From assembly GCA_025454975.1 (NCBI GenBank), contig JALONK010000013.1:994-64993 (forward strand): a stretch of 64,000 nucleotides of DNA. The letters are read 5' to 3'. Below are positions 1 through 9,383 of this stretch, one piece after another. A program made the translations under genes and the position numbers. How positions within the stretch are numbered: position 1 is the stretch's first letter; every line of letters starts with the position of its first letter. The notes under the pieces are model-generated. The model did no database searches and was not told the DNA's origin. It saw nothing but the letters and a program-made list of their open reading frames with translations. This DNA comes from Bacteroidia bacterium (GTDB lineage: Bacteria; Bacteroidota; Bacteroidia; UKL13-3).

Positions 1-874
1 ACGTACCCATCATTCTGAAAGGTGCATTGCCTTCATTAAAAACAGTGTAAAGCTGCAATGCCAAAACATTTTCTTTCCATAGCTTAAGGTATTTCCGGGC
101 ATCTAACTGAAAAGAGGTAAAGTTACTGTTGCTTCCCCATGTCTTTTGATAAAGAAGTACACCAATGTCAATAAAGTGTCCTTTTGTTGGAAAATAGATA
201 TGATTTCTGTTGTCAAAAGAAAAAACAGGCCCCAAACCCCATTCAAAAAAACCGGTAGAGCCTTTAACTTGACTAAGCTCCATTTTTGGGGCATCCGACA
301 AGTCAACACGATATAGGTTTTCGACACTAAAATGTAAACCGGCGTACAATCCTGGTGTTATTAGTCGAGTCGCCTTTACGTTAGCTCTTAATTGTTTGAA
401 GCTGTATACTTCTTCGTTATCATTTTTTGCTTGTGGTCCAATTCCCCAGTAACTTTCAACAAAATCGGTATATTGAAATATCCCCCTTACATTGTAAATA
501 TTTTGAGCAGAAAACCAATCAACAAACGGACGAACACTAAATTGATTATTCAGCGTATGTACAATATTGGTTCTTATTACCGACATTCGGGTAACAGAGT
601 CGTTTTTTGATTTAAAAAAGTGTGAAACAGAAACACCATATTGCCAACGAGTTTCAGGCTTATATGACCAAATGGGAACTACAAACACATATTTTTTTTT
701 GGGTTTAGAAGAATCCCCTTCAACAATTTTATATGCCCAATTAATTGTTCGGTTTACAAAATTGTTCGGTTGAGCAAAAGATGCTGTACCGGCAAAACAA
801 AGTATTGCTAATAAAAAAAAGCGCTTTAAACCCGTCCTTTTAATACGGCAGGAATCAATTCTAATCAAGTTCAT
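1..874 (-). CDS. Outer-membrane beta-barrel protein, Omp85/BamA/TamA-like (partial; C-terminus beyond window start). Not in the supplied ORF track because it runs off the edge
   Basis: Manual translation of the minus strand from ATG (rc of 872-874) gives an uninterrupted 291-codon frame to position 1: MNLIRIDSCRIKRTGLKRFFLLAILCFAGTASFAQ (signal peptide) ... YNVRGIF (VRG[F/Y]-like loop motif of Omp85 barrels), with alternating aromatic/hydrophobic beta-strand pattern. The start lies 1 nt downstream of the asnS stop, suggesting an operon. Confidence 0.45.
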   Translation of the reverse strand, partial: MNLIRIDSCRIKRTGLKRFFLLAILCFAGTASFAQPNNFVNRTINWAYKIVEGDSSKPKKKYVFVVPIWSYKPETRWQYGVSVSHFFKSKNDSVTRMSVIRTNIVHTLNNQFSVRPFVDWFSAQNIYNVRGIFQYTDFVESYWGIGPQAKNDNEEVYSFKQLRANVKATRLITPGLYAGLHFSVENLYRVDLSDAPKMELSQVKGSTGFFEWGLGPVFSFDNRNHIYFPTKGHFIDIGVLLYQKTWGSNSNFTSFQLDARKYLKLWKENVLALQLYTVFNEGNAPFRMMGT

Positions 875-875
875 T

Positions 876-2390
876 TTATGGCTTTAACCTACCATACATG
901 CGAGGAAACGGTATGGTTTCTCGAACATGAGGGAGTTTACAAACCCATGCAACAAGTCGTTCAAGACCAAGGCCGAAACCCGCATGAGGCACCGATCCAT
1001 ACCTGCGCAAATCGAGGTACCACTCAAAGGCTTCCATCGGTAAACCATGTTCATTAATTTTCCCAATTAAAAGATCTAAATCTGTTTCACGTTCTCCACC
1101 ACCAACAATTTCGCCATATCCTTCCGGCGCCAATGTATCTACCCCCCTGGCAAACTTACTATTTTCAGGATCTCGTTTTAAATAGAACGCCTTTACTTCG
1201 TGTGGCCAGTTATAAACCATAATTGGCACATCAAACAAACGTGTTAGAACAGTTTCGTCACTACCTCCAAAATCATTTCCATATTCAAAATTACGAGCCG
1301 AGCTCAGCCACTGAGGAATATTTCTTGATTGTTCTTCAAGCTCATTTAACTCGTGTTTTAGTTTGTCTATTTTGGCTTGGTTAAATCCGATTTCTCCCTT
1401 TTTCATGCCGGGAACTTTGATTTTGTCTTCCCTTTCTTTTATTTCTGCCTCAACCTCTGAAATACGATTAACTACGCTTGTTAGCTCCTCTTCTAAAGAA
1501 ACAATTGCATTTTTATTATTTACATCAACCTCTCCTTTAATAATTTTTACCGCTTCATCATAAGTTAGTCGAGGGAATGGTTTTGTTATATTTTCTAAAA
1601 TAGAAATGTCTCTTTCAATCATCGCCAATTCGGGCTTGTTATTAGCTAACACATCCAACACAACGGCACGTAAAAAGCGTTCAATTAAATCCATATTATC
1701 AAAAATATCATGGAAAGCCATTTCTGGTTCAATCATCCAAAACTCGGATAAGTGTCGGCGTGTTTTACTTTTCTCGGCTCTAAAGGTTGGTCCGAATGTA
1801 TAAATTTTGTTATGAGCCATAGCCATGGCTTCACCGTAAAGTTGGCCGGATTGCGATAAATATGCCGGGTCGCCATAAAAGTCTGTTTCAAACAAAGTTG
1901 ATGTGCCCTCTACCGCATTTCCTGTAAACAACGGGGCGTCCATTTGAATAAATCCTTCCTGCTGAAAAAATTTATGGATTGCGAAAGTTATTGTATTTCG
2001 AATGCGCATAATTGCCCATTGACGCTGGCTGCGCAACCATAAATGTCTGTGGTCCATTAAAAATTCAACACCGTGTTCTTTTTTAGCAATAGGATAATCT
2101 GTTGCCACTTGAATTAACTCAAGTTCTGTAATAGCAATTTCATAACCACCAATTTGTTTTTCGTCCTTGATAACCTTTCCGGTTATGGAAATACTGGTTT
2201 CAAGTGTAGTTTTTCTGGCATCATTAAAATAACTTTCGTCAATATTATTTGCATCAGCTACGCATTGGCACAAGCCCGTTCCGTCTCTTAATACAATAAA
2301 AACCAAACCTTTACTCTCTCTTTTGTTAGCAACCCATCCTTTAAGGGTAACCAACTGATTTTCAAACTTGCTTAAATCTTTAATATACAT
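876..2390 (-). CDS. asnS: Asparaginyl-tRNA synthetase
   Basis: 504 aa. Class II aaRS motifs (FRAEKSKTRRHLSEFWMIEPEMAF, GFGLGLERLVAWV), N-terminal OB anticodon-binding domain, and the Bacteroidetes-type insertion. Confidence 0.9.
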   Translation of the reverse strand: MYIKDLSKFENQLVTLKGWVANKRESKGLVFIVLRDGTGLCQCVADANNIDESYFNDARKTTLETSISITGKVIKDEKQIGGYEIAITELELIQVATDYPIAKKEHGVEFLMDHRHLWLRSQRQWAIMRIRNTITFAIHKFFQQEGFIQMDAPLFTGNAVEGTSTLFETDFYGDPAYLSQSGQLYGEAMAMAHNKIYTFGPTFRAEKSKTRRHLSEFWMIEPEMAFHDIFDNMDLIERFLRAVVLDVLANNKPELAMIERDISILENITKPFPRLTYDEAVKIIKGEVDVNNKNAIVSLEEELTSVVNRISEVEAEIKEREDKIKVPGMKKGEIGFNQAKIDKLKHELNELEEQSRNIPQWLSSARNFEYGNDFGGSDETVLTRLFDVPIMVYNWPHEVKAFYLKRDPENSKFARGVDTLAPEGYGEIVGGGERETDLDLLIGKINEHGLPMEAFEWYLDLRRYGSVPHAGFGLGLERLVAWVCKLPHVRETIPFPRMYGRLKP

Positions 2391-2493
2391 TTGCTAATTT
2401 TGTTTGCGCTTAATACGATTGCGAAAATAATAAATTTAAGCACTTGGTTTTATTTAACGAGCAGATTGGCACAATTTTTAGCATAGAGGCTGT

Positions 2494-3972
2494 ATGTTGA
2501 AACAGGGATTACAACAAAAACAATTACAAAAGCTGTCACCACAGCAAATACAGTTTATTAAACTGTTACAACTTAATGCCGTTGATTTACAACAACGCAT
2601 AGAAGATGAATTAATAGAAAACCCGGCCTTGTTAAAAGCAGACGACGAAGATGCTGCCCCCAAAGAACAAACAGATAATGAGGTAGAAGTTGCCGAAGGC
2701 ACAGAAGCCGAAGCGAACGTTTCGGTGGAAGATTATTTGGCTGACGAAACCTTTGATGTAAAAGAATATGTGAATGACGAATATGACTCAGAAGGCTTTC
2801 ACTTAAGTGATGAAGGGCCGGATGAGGACAGAAAGGATATTCCTTTTGCAGAGTCTTCGGGCTTTCACGAAAGTTTAATGGAACAGTTTCGTGCGATTGC
2901 TACAAACGAAAGAGAGGAGATAATAGGCCAACAAATAATAGGTACTATTGACGATGATGGTTATTTGAGAAGGGAACTTTTAGCAATTATGAATGATTTG
3001 GCATTCGCACAAAATATTGAAACAAATGTTGAAGAAATGCAGCATTGTCTTCAAAAAATACAATCGCTTGACCCAGCCGGCATAGCAGCAACATCTTTAC
3101 AAGAATGTTTACTGTTGCAACTTAAACGTAAAGATCATAAAAAGAAAGAAGTTGTTTTGGCCGAACAACTCATAAAAAATAACTTCGACGACTTTACTAA
3201 AAAGCATTACGATAAAATAATTAAACAATACAAAATAACAGATGCCGACCTAAAAGAGGCCATACTAGTAATCACACACCTTAATCCAAAGCCGGGAGAA
3301 AGTGCCGCTGATGCTAAACCGCAATACATAAACCCCGACTTTGTAATTATTGAAAATAATGGTAAGCTTGAGGTGCAGCTAACCGCAAGAAATGCACCTG
3401 ATTTAAGAATTAGCCGCAACTATCTTGAAACCCTTAAAGGGTATGACGCTAATCCAACCCCAAATCGAGAGCTGAAACAAACAGTACAGTTTATTAAACA
3501 AAAACTGGATAGTGCACGATGGTTCATTGAAAGTATAAGACAACGACAACAAACGTTATTATTAACTATGTCGGCAATATTAGATAAACAATATGACTAC
3601 TTTTTAGAAGGTGATGAAACAAAATTAAGACCGATGATTTTAAAGGATATTGCAGAAAAGGTTGGACTTGATATTAGCACAATTTCTAGAGTAGCCAATA
3701 GCAAATATGTACAAACCGATTTTGGGATTATTCCATTAAAATTCTTTTTTAGTGAAGGAATCGCAACCGATGATGGAGAAGAGGTTAGCAGCCGAGAAGT
3801 AAAAAAAATACTAAAAGACGCCATTGATGCCGAAGACAAACGTAAACCGTTACCGGATGAAAAACTGATGGAAATCTTAAAAGAGAAAGGGTATAATATT
3901 GCAAGAAGAACGGTTGCCAAGTACAGAGAGCAATTACAAATTCCTGTAGCTCGATTAAGAAAGGAAATTTAA
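2494..3972 (+). CDS. rpoN: RNA polymerase sigma-54 factor
   Basis: 492 aa. C-terminal RpoN box ARRTVAKYRE, HTH region, acidic region II. Confidence 0.92.
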   Translation: MLKQGLQQKQLQKLSPQQIQFIKLLQLNAVDLQQRIEDELIENPALLKADDEDAAPKEQTDNEVEVAEGTEAEANVSVEDYLADETFDVKEYVNDEYDSEGFHLSDEGPDEDRKDIPFAESSGFHESLMEQFRAIATNEREEIIGQQIIGTIDDDGYLRRELLAIMNDLAFAQNIETNVEEMQHCLQKIQSLDPAGIAATSLQECLLLQLKRKDHKKKEVVLAEQLIKNNFDDFTKKHYDKIIKQYKITDADLKEAILVITHLNPKPGESAADAKPQYINPDFVIIENNGKLEVQLTARNAPDLRISRNYLETLKGYDANPTPNRELKQTVQFIKQKLDSARWFIESIRQRQQTLLLTMSAILDKQYDYFLEGDETKLRPMILKDIAEKVGLDISTISRVANSKYVQTDFGIIPLKFFFSEGIATDDGEEVSSREVKKILKDAIDAEDKRKPLPDEKLMEILKEKGYNIARRTVAKYREQLQIPVARLRKEI

Positions 3973-4028
3973 CAAACCGCATGTTCAAAATATTTTCTAC
4001 CTTGCGTTTAATAATGTAATTAAACAGT

Positions 4029-4565
4029 ATGGAAAACCAAGAAGAAAAACCTAAAAAAAGTGTTCGGCCAATAGTTGTTGCAGGTATAATATTATGGATT
4101 TGTATTATCGGTGGGGGAATTTCCTTCACAATTTTTTCAATAGTTAACCAATCAAGTTTATTAGCACTCACAAATCCTCAAGAGTTGGCTTTAGAGCAAG
4201 GTGTTGTGGCTTTAAACGCGCAATGTCCTGTTCAAATTGATGAAGAAACACAACTTGACTCGGTGTATTTAAACAAAGCAATAAAACAGGCAGTTTACGA
4301 ACTAACGCTTGTTAATACAAGTAATGAAGACTTAGACATTGCCGCAGTATATCCTGAACTCAGGAGAACATTAATCGAGGCTGTAGCAATGAATGCTGAT
4401 TTGGCGGGCTTGAGAAACTTGAGGTACTCAATTAAATATATTTATAACGATATGGATTATGTGCATTTATGTGATGTTCTGATTACTCCGGAAGATTATG
4501 AAGCGGTAATAAATAATGGTCAAGTACTTGATTCTACTGGCGTTGAACCATTAGACAATAACTGA
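4029..4565 (+). CDS. Hypothetical membrane-anchored protein (single N-terminal TM helix)
   Basis: 178 aa. Hydrophobic segment IVVAGIILWICIIGGGISFTIFSIV. The 3' end overlaps the convergent selD by 15 nt. Confidence 0.5.
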   Translation: MENQEEKPKKSVRPIVVAGIILWICIIGGGISFTIFSIVNQSSLLALTNPQELALEQGVVALNAQCPVQIDEETQLDSVYLNKAIKQAVYELTLVNTSNEDLDIAAVYPELRRTLIEAVAMNADLAGLRNLRYSIKYIYNDMDYVHLCDVLITPEDYEAVINNGQVLDSTGVEPLDNN

Positions 4566-5582
4566 TATTGCCGAGGCCCTATCTGATATCACCCCGATTT
4601 TATAAACTTGATGCCTACTCATTGAAAAAAGTTGTTTAACGATATGGTCATGCGTTGGATTTATCGTGAATAATAACCCCCCATTTGTTTGTGGGTCGGC
4701 TAACAATGCAAACGACAATAATGCATCAACGCCTTCGTCAATTGTAACAGCATCATTTATGTTATTCCAATTTCTATAAGTGGCATCAGGTAGTACACCT
4801 TGGGCTGCTAATTGTTTAATTTCAGATAATACGGGGATTGCGCTTAATGAAATTTTTGCACCAACATTAGACGCCTTGCACACTTCTAATAAATGTCCTC
4901 CCAACCCATAACCGGTAATATCAGTCATGGCATTTATTTCAATTTGTTTTCCAAGAACAGCACCAATCTTATTTAGGCTTGTTATTTCGTCATAAAACGC
5001 ATGTATGTGTTCAAGTTGCAAACCTTTTTTAATAGCAGCACCAATAATTCCAAAGCCAATCGGTTTAGTTATATAAATAAAATCCCCGGCTACAGCCGAA
5101 CTGTTTAACTTTATTTCCTGCTTTTTAGCAAGGCCATTTACTGACAAACCGAAGAATGGTTCCGGAGCATCAATGGTGTGTCCGCCAGATATTACAACAC
5201 CTGCATGATGGCATGTTTCTTTGGCGCCTGCCATTACAGTTGCTGCAACCTCAACGGGAATTTTATCAATTGGCCAACCCATTATTGCAATGGCTGTAAT
5301 CGGATTTCCGCCCATAGCATAAACGTCACTTAAGGCATTTGCCGAAGCAATTTTACCAAACAGAAAAGGGTCATCAACAACCGGGGTAAAAAAATCAGCA
5401 GTAACAATCAGACATTGTTCATCAGCAAGCAAATAAACTGAAGCATCATCATTGTTTTGGTTACCAATCAATAAATTATCCAAGCCCGAAGTTCGCGAAT
5501 CGTGAAGTAATTTTTGTAATACGGCCGGTTCAATTTTACATCCACATCCCGAACCTTTAGCATATTGTGTAAGCTTTATCAT
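4551..5582 (-). CDS. selD: Selenide, water dikinase (selenophosphate synthetase), Cys-type
   Basis: 343 aa. N-terminal LTQYAKGSGCGCKI motif identical in layout to E. coli SelD, with Cys rather than a TGA-encoded Sec. AIR-synthase-like fold. Confidence 0.9.
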   Translation of the reverse strand: MIKLTQYAKGSGCGCKIEPAVLQKLLHDSRTSGLDNLLIGNQNNDDASVYLLADEQCLIVTADFFTPVVDDPFLFGKIASANALSDVYAMGGNPITAIAIMGWPIDKIPVEVAATVMAGAKETCHHAGVVISGGHTIDAPEPFFGLSVNGLAKKQEIKLNSSAVAGDFIYITKPIGFGIIGAAIKKGLQLEHIHAFYDEITSLNKIGAVLGKQIEINAMTDITGYGLGGHLLEVCKASNVGAKISLSAIPVLSEIKQLAAQGVLPDATYRNWNNINDAVTIDEGVDALLSFALLADPQTNGGLLFTINPTHDHIVKQLFSMSRHQVYKIGVISDRASAISVIV

Positions 5583-5590
5583 GTTGAATA

Positions 5591-6646
5591 TTAATGATGA
5601 AAAAAGAGGATAAGTTGATTAGCATTATCAGTGGCATTTATTGTTTGGCAATGAATTAAAGTAGCCTTTCTTCCACTTTTTACCATTGCCTCTTGATATA
5701 ATCGGTCGTAATAACGAAGTAATTGTGCAAAGCAGGAGCGAATATCTTTTTCCGCTAAATAGGTTAAAACTTCTTTCGTAACCGCTCCGCCAAGTTTTTT
5801 TTGAATTCTCAAAACAGCGTTTTCCAGAACATCAGTTGAATAATGCCCATAACCGTTGATAATGTGATTGAGGCGCTGATCGAATGGAATAATTAAAGCA
5901 ATAATGGGTGACTTTAACATGGTTCCGTAAAAGCTTTTGGTAATATCAATATCACCAATACGCTGACTTTCATTTTCAATCCAAATGGTTTGTTTTTGAA
6001 CCCACTCACCATTCTCATTCAAATGTAGATAAGCTAATAGCTCATGTACAAGGTTGTTTTCAAATTGCTCTTGGCTCGGCTGCTTATGTTGTTCAAGATT
6101 GCCGAATGCCGAACCCTTGTGCTGCGCCAGGTGTTCGAGATTAATTGCCGCAATAGCTCTTTTTTGCAAATTAACCAACACCTCTGTTTTACCCGAACCG
6201 GTAAAGCCCCCAATAACGTTTAATTTATACGGAAAATTTAACATATCGAGTACAAAATGGCGATAAGCCTTATAACCCCCTGTTAATACTTTTACATCAT
6301 ACCCATAAAAAGATAATAACCATGCCATAGCTTGGCTTCTCATACCACCTCGCCAACAATGAACTAAAACAGTATTGGTTGATGTATCAGTAATGGCCTC
6401 TACCGCTTCTACAAAAGCCGTTAGTTTTGCCCCATAATACATTAAACCAGCTTTTATTGCATCTTTTCTGCTTACTCTTTTATATAAAGTCCCAATTTCT
6501 GCTCGCTCCTCATCATTAAAAATGGGAAGACTTGTAGCACCCGGAACATGGGCATGGTTGTACTCTTTTGGACTTCTAACATCAACAATAGGATGTGATT
6601 TAGCTAAAGCCAAAAATTCATATACGCCTATATTTTCAATCGCCAT
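5591..6646 (-). CDS. selU: tRNA 2-selenouridine synthase (rhodanese + P-loop)
   Basis: 351 aa. Rhodanese active site CWRGGMRS and Walker A GGFTGSGKT. Immediately downstream of selD on the same strand. Confidence 0.85.
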   Translation of the reverse strand: MAIENIGVYEFLALAKSHPIVDVRSPKEYNHAHVPGATSLPIFNDEERAEIGTLYKRVSRKDAIKAGLMYYGAKLTAFVEAVEAITDTSTNTVLVHCWRGGMRSQAMAWLLSFYGYDVKVLTGGYKAYRHFVLDMLNFPYKLNVIGGFTGSGKTEVLVNLQKRAIAAINLEHLAQHKGSAFGNLEQHKQPSQEQFENNLVHELLAYLHLNENGEWVQKQTIWIENESQRIGDIDITKSFYGTMLKSPIIALIIPFDQRLNHIINGYGHYSTDVLENAVLRIQKKLGGAVTKEVLTYLAEKDIRSCFAQLLRYYDRLYQEAMVKSGRKATLIHCQTINATDNANQLILFFHH

Positions 6647-6716
6647 TTAATTTTATAAGTAAATATGCAATATACAACACCGCAAAACTTTAATTAGTAA
6701 ATATGGTTTTACTAAC

Positions 6717-7334
6717 ATGAGTAATTTTAAAACACCTACAATTTTGTGTTTGTTTCTTTTGTTTTCAAGCTGTTCTGCTATATTAAATAAAATGGTTGGA
6801 TTAAAGTCAACAAAGGTGTTAAATGATGAAGAAATAATTAAGGCCGCAAAAGAGTTTAATATACCTGAAAAGCACTTATATTATGTTGATACAGCCTATG
6901 CTTATGCTTTAAAAAGAATAATTAAGGATACGCTGCAGCCAACCTTAAACAACCACCTTCAGCCTTTACAAGCACTTTATTTTATTCAATCCGATTATCC
7001 TGTTTCTTTTCAAATTAATTGTTACGCCGGAGGTTTACCCAAATTAGACTGGAACCGCGATGGAATAATGGAAGCCTTTCCCCCAAAATTACAAGCACCT
7101 CTTGACCAAGCAATATCCGGTAATTTTTTGCTTTCATTATTGAAGCCCGTTAAAGGCGCAACATATCCAACGAATGTTAATAGCAGAAACATGGTGGTTG
7201 TTTTTTGGACAAGGTTTATGAACAAGCATACGTCGTTGTTCATTCAAACAATTCAACAGAATCTTTCACGCGCCAACAATCCTGTTGAGGTTATTTATAT
7301 TAATGCAGATAACTTATATGCCTTAGTTAATTAA
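6717..7334 (+). CDS. Hypothetical lipoprotein
   Basis: 205 aa. Signal peptide with lipobox LFSSC. Confidence 0.5.
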   Translation: MSNFKTPTILCLFLLFSSCSAILNKMVGLKSTKVLNDEEIIKAAKEFNIPEKHLYYVDTAYAYALKRIIKDTLQPTLNNHLQPLQALYFIQSDYPVSFQINCYAGGLPKLDWNRDGIMEAFPPKLQAPLDQAISGNFLLSLLKPVKGATYPTNVNSRNMVVVFWTRFMNKHTSLFIQTIQQNLSRANNPVEVIYINADNLYALVN

Positions 7335-7338
7335 CTGA

Positions 7339-8322
7339 TTAGGGCAAAATAACGGTTTCCGAATTATTTTTAATGTGATTAAGCACCCTGTGGTGTATTT
7401 TATGAATGATATATGTGCTCCATAATTTCCAATAAGCAGCAGGTCTAATGCGATGATAATACCATGTTGTTCCCTCTAATAATGTTTTACCACCTGATAG
7501 TTGTGTTAGTTTAAACTGGCCCTTTTGCGAAACAAAATAATCATGTAAATGTGGTGCGTTAATGTCCCACATACTTAGCTCAACCATCGGCTCCGGTTGT
7601 TCTAAAACATTAAATGCAAGTAGTCGCGGTTCGTCCCACGTTGTTATTGGTTCTACAAATGAACCCGTATTAAAAGCGCAATAGCGAATAGCGCCTTTAC
7701 CTTGTCCAACAATAGTTGATTGAATTGGGTAAGCAATACCTGTTTTAAAAATAAATTCATCGGGCTTCTCCATTTTCGGAAATGCAATCAGGTTATTCCA
7801 AACCCGGTCGGGATTTGCATTAATAGTTATACTTGTGGTTACTGCTATTTGTTCGGGAATTGCCTCAGGTTCCATGTAGTCTGCTACAGGCGCCAATGAT
7901 GCTAATATTAAAAAGCTAATAGTAGTTTGATTTGGGTAACGATTGTTTATTTTGTATCCCAAGTAGCTGCCGATAACTACTAACCAAACGGCAATCGGCA
8001 TTGCCATGGCAATACAAATAAGCCCTTCAATGGCAAAAGCAACTAGAGAAACTGCGTATAAACCCATGGTTAATAACCCGACTAGCATGGTTTGTTTAAA
8101 CGACACCTCGTTGTTTTTGCTGTAAATTATTGCCGACCCTAATCCCATAAACAAAGGGATAATCACAAACAGTGCTATACTATAATTGCCAAACCAATAA
8201 ATGCTGATAAGGGTTAGTAATAAGGATAAAATTGCAGGAACAAAAACAGCAACAGGTTTTCGATTTGAATTAAAAAACGAAATAATAAAAGCCATGTTGT
8301 TTTGAAGAAAATTGACGGACAA
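7339..8322 (-). CDS. Membrane protein with four N-terminal TM helices and a C-terminal SRPBCC/Bet v1-like domain (probable)
   Basis: 327 aa. Hydrophobic helices in the first ~140 aa; soluble C-terminal domain about 180 aa. The true start may be an internal Met (MAFIISFF). Confidence 0.45.
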   Translation of the reverse strand: MSVNFLQNNMAFIISFFNSNRKPVAVFVPAILSLLLTLISIYWFGNYSIALFVIIPLFMGLGSAIIYSKNNEVSFKQTMLVGLLTMGLYAVSLVAFAIEGLICIAMAMPIAVWLVVIGSYLGYKINNRYPNQTTISFLILASLAPVADYMEPEAIPEQIAVTTSITINANPDRVWNNLIAFPKMEKPDEFIFKTGIAYPIQSTIVGQGKGAIRYCAFNTGSFVEPITTWDEPRLLAFNVLEQPEPMVELSMWDINAPHLHDYFVSQKGQFKLTQLSGGKTLLEGTTWYYHRIRPAAYWKLWSTYIIHKIHHRVLNHIKNNSETVILP

Positions 8323-8690
8323 ATATATGTATTACTGTGATAGTATAGGCCTTAAAATAACATAAGTATAATTGTGGTTTTAGATTTATGTTAAATAAAT
8401 AATCCGGCCCAACAACACCTACAAATTAATTCATGAATCAGCTACATGAATACAACGTTTTAATTGGAGCTCAACATTAATCAGGCTTATTGCCGATGTG
8501 CAAAAAAAGATAAGATTTATCCGACTTTACAATCCCAAAATCTTTTCAATAATAACATCAACCACCTTTAATGCTCGTGCTTTAGATAAATGCGACAGCC
8601 CTTAAACTAACAGGATTTAAAATCAAAATCCCAAGTTGTTAATGTGTTGGGTTTTTATAAAAACCAACCGGCTTGTATGATAAAAAGGGA

Positions 8691-9383
8691 TTACCAAAAA
8701 AACGACATGCCTAAGTCTAATGAGTAATAATTGGCACTACTTGCAGCTGCCCCCGTAGGCCTTTTTGCCAGTTTATATGTTTCAATATTAGGTGTGATGG
8801 TAATACCGAACCAATTTAATAACTTAATGCTGGTGTTAAATTGCAGCTTGGTGTTTTTGCCATATTTCTCGTTGTCTTGATTATTGTAAAACACACTATA
8901 ATGATACCTTGTGTTTATAATAAACTTATCACCCAAATTGGTTAAAACAGAAAAGCTTGCTCCAGGAAATGTAATGCCACTGCTATTGAAACCTGCGGTT
9001 TCAAATCCACCAAGTAAACCTAGTCCTATTCGGGTTTCTGACCCTAATATTTTAATGGGCTTAACCGGATTAACAAAAAAGCCAAAGTCAATATCTGCCA
9101 GAGATCCATGTACCATAGTAGGAGGATTAACCGAACCACCCCAGTCAATATTAATAGCTACGGTAAAGTCACCCGTTACCCATCCAAAGTCTGAAGAAAC
9201 CCAATCAATTTTTAGCATTGGGTTCTTAACAGAAAATATGTAGTTGTTGTTGGTAGCTAATTCGGCTTTACCTGCCGAGAATTGATATAGTGAAATATGT
9301 AATTGATCGAACTGTGCAGAAGAAATCGAATAACATAAACAAAAGACCAACGTGTTAATTGTTTTTCTTAAATTATTCATCAC
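8691..9383 (-). CDS. Outer-membrane beta-barrel protein (porin-like), secreted
   Basis: 230 aa. Signal peptide, alternating hydrophobic strands, C-terminal ...MSFFW aromatic terminus typical of OM barrels. Start overlaps the upstream gene's stop (ATGA). Confidence 0.55.
   Translation of the reverse strand: MMNNLRKTINTLVFCLCYSISSAQFDQLHISLYQFSAGKAELATNNNYIFSVKNPMLKIDWVSSDFGWVTGDFTVAINIDWGGSVNPPTMVHGSLADIDFGFFVNPVKPIKILGSETRIGLGLLGGFETAGFNSSGITFPGASFSVLTNLGDKFIINTRYHYSVFYNNQDNEKYGKNTKLQFNTSIKLLNWFGITITPNIETYKLAKRPTGAAASSANYYSLDLGMSFFW

Noticed and set aside
876-1066. 60-aa minus-strand ORF 884..1066 and plus-strand ORFs 1363..1563 and 1606..1803 within asnS
   Set aside because: They are nested in or antisense to the well-supported asnS reading frame.
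2467-2484. Sigma-54-like -24/-12 element TGGCAC-N-TTAGCA 12 nt upstream of rpoN's own start codon
   Set aside because: GG–GC spacing is 11 nt instead of the canonical 10, the -12 element is TAGC rather than TTGC, and it would leave essentially no leader. Probably chance.
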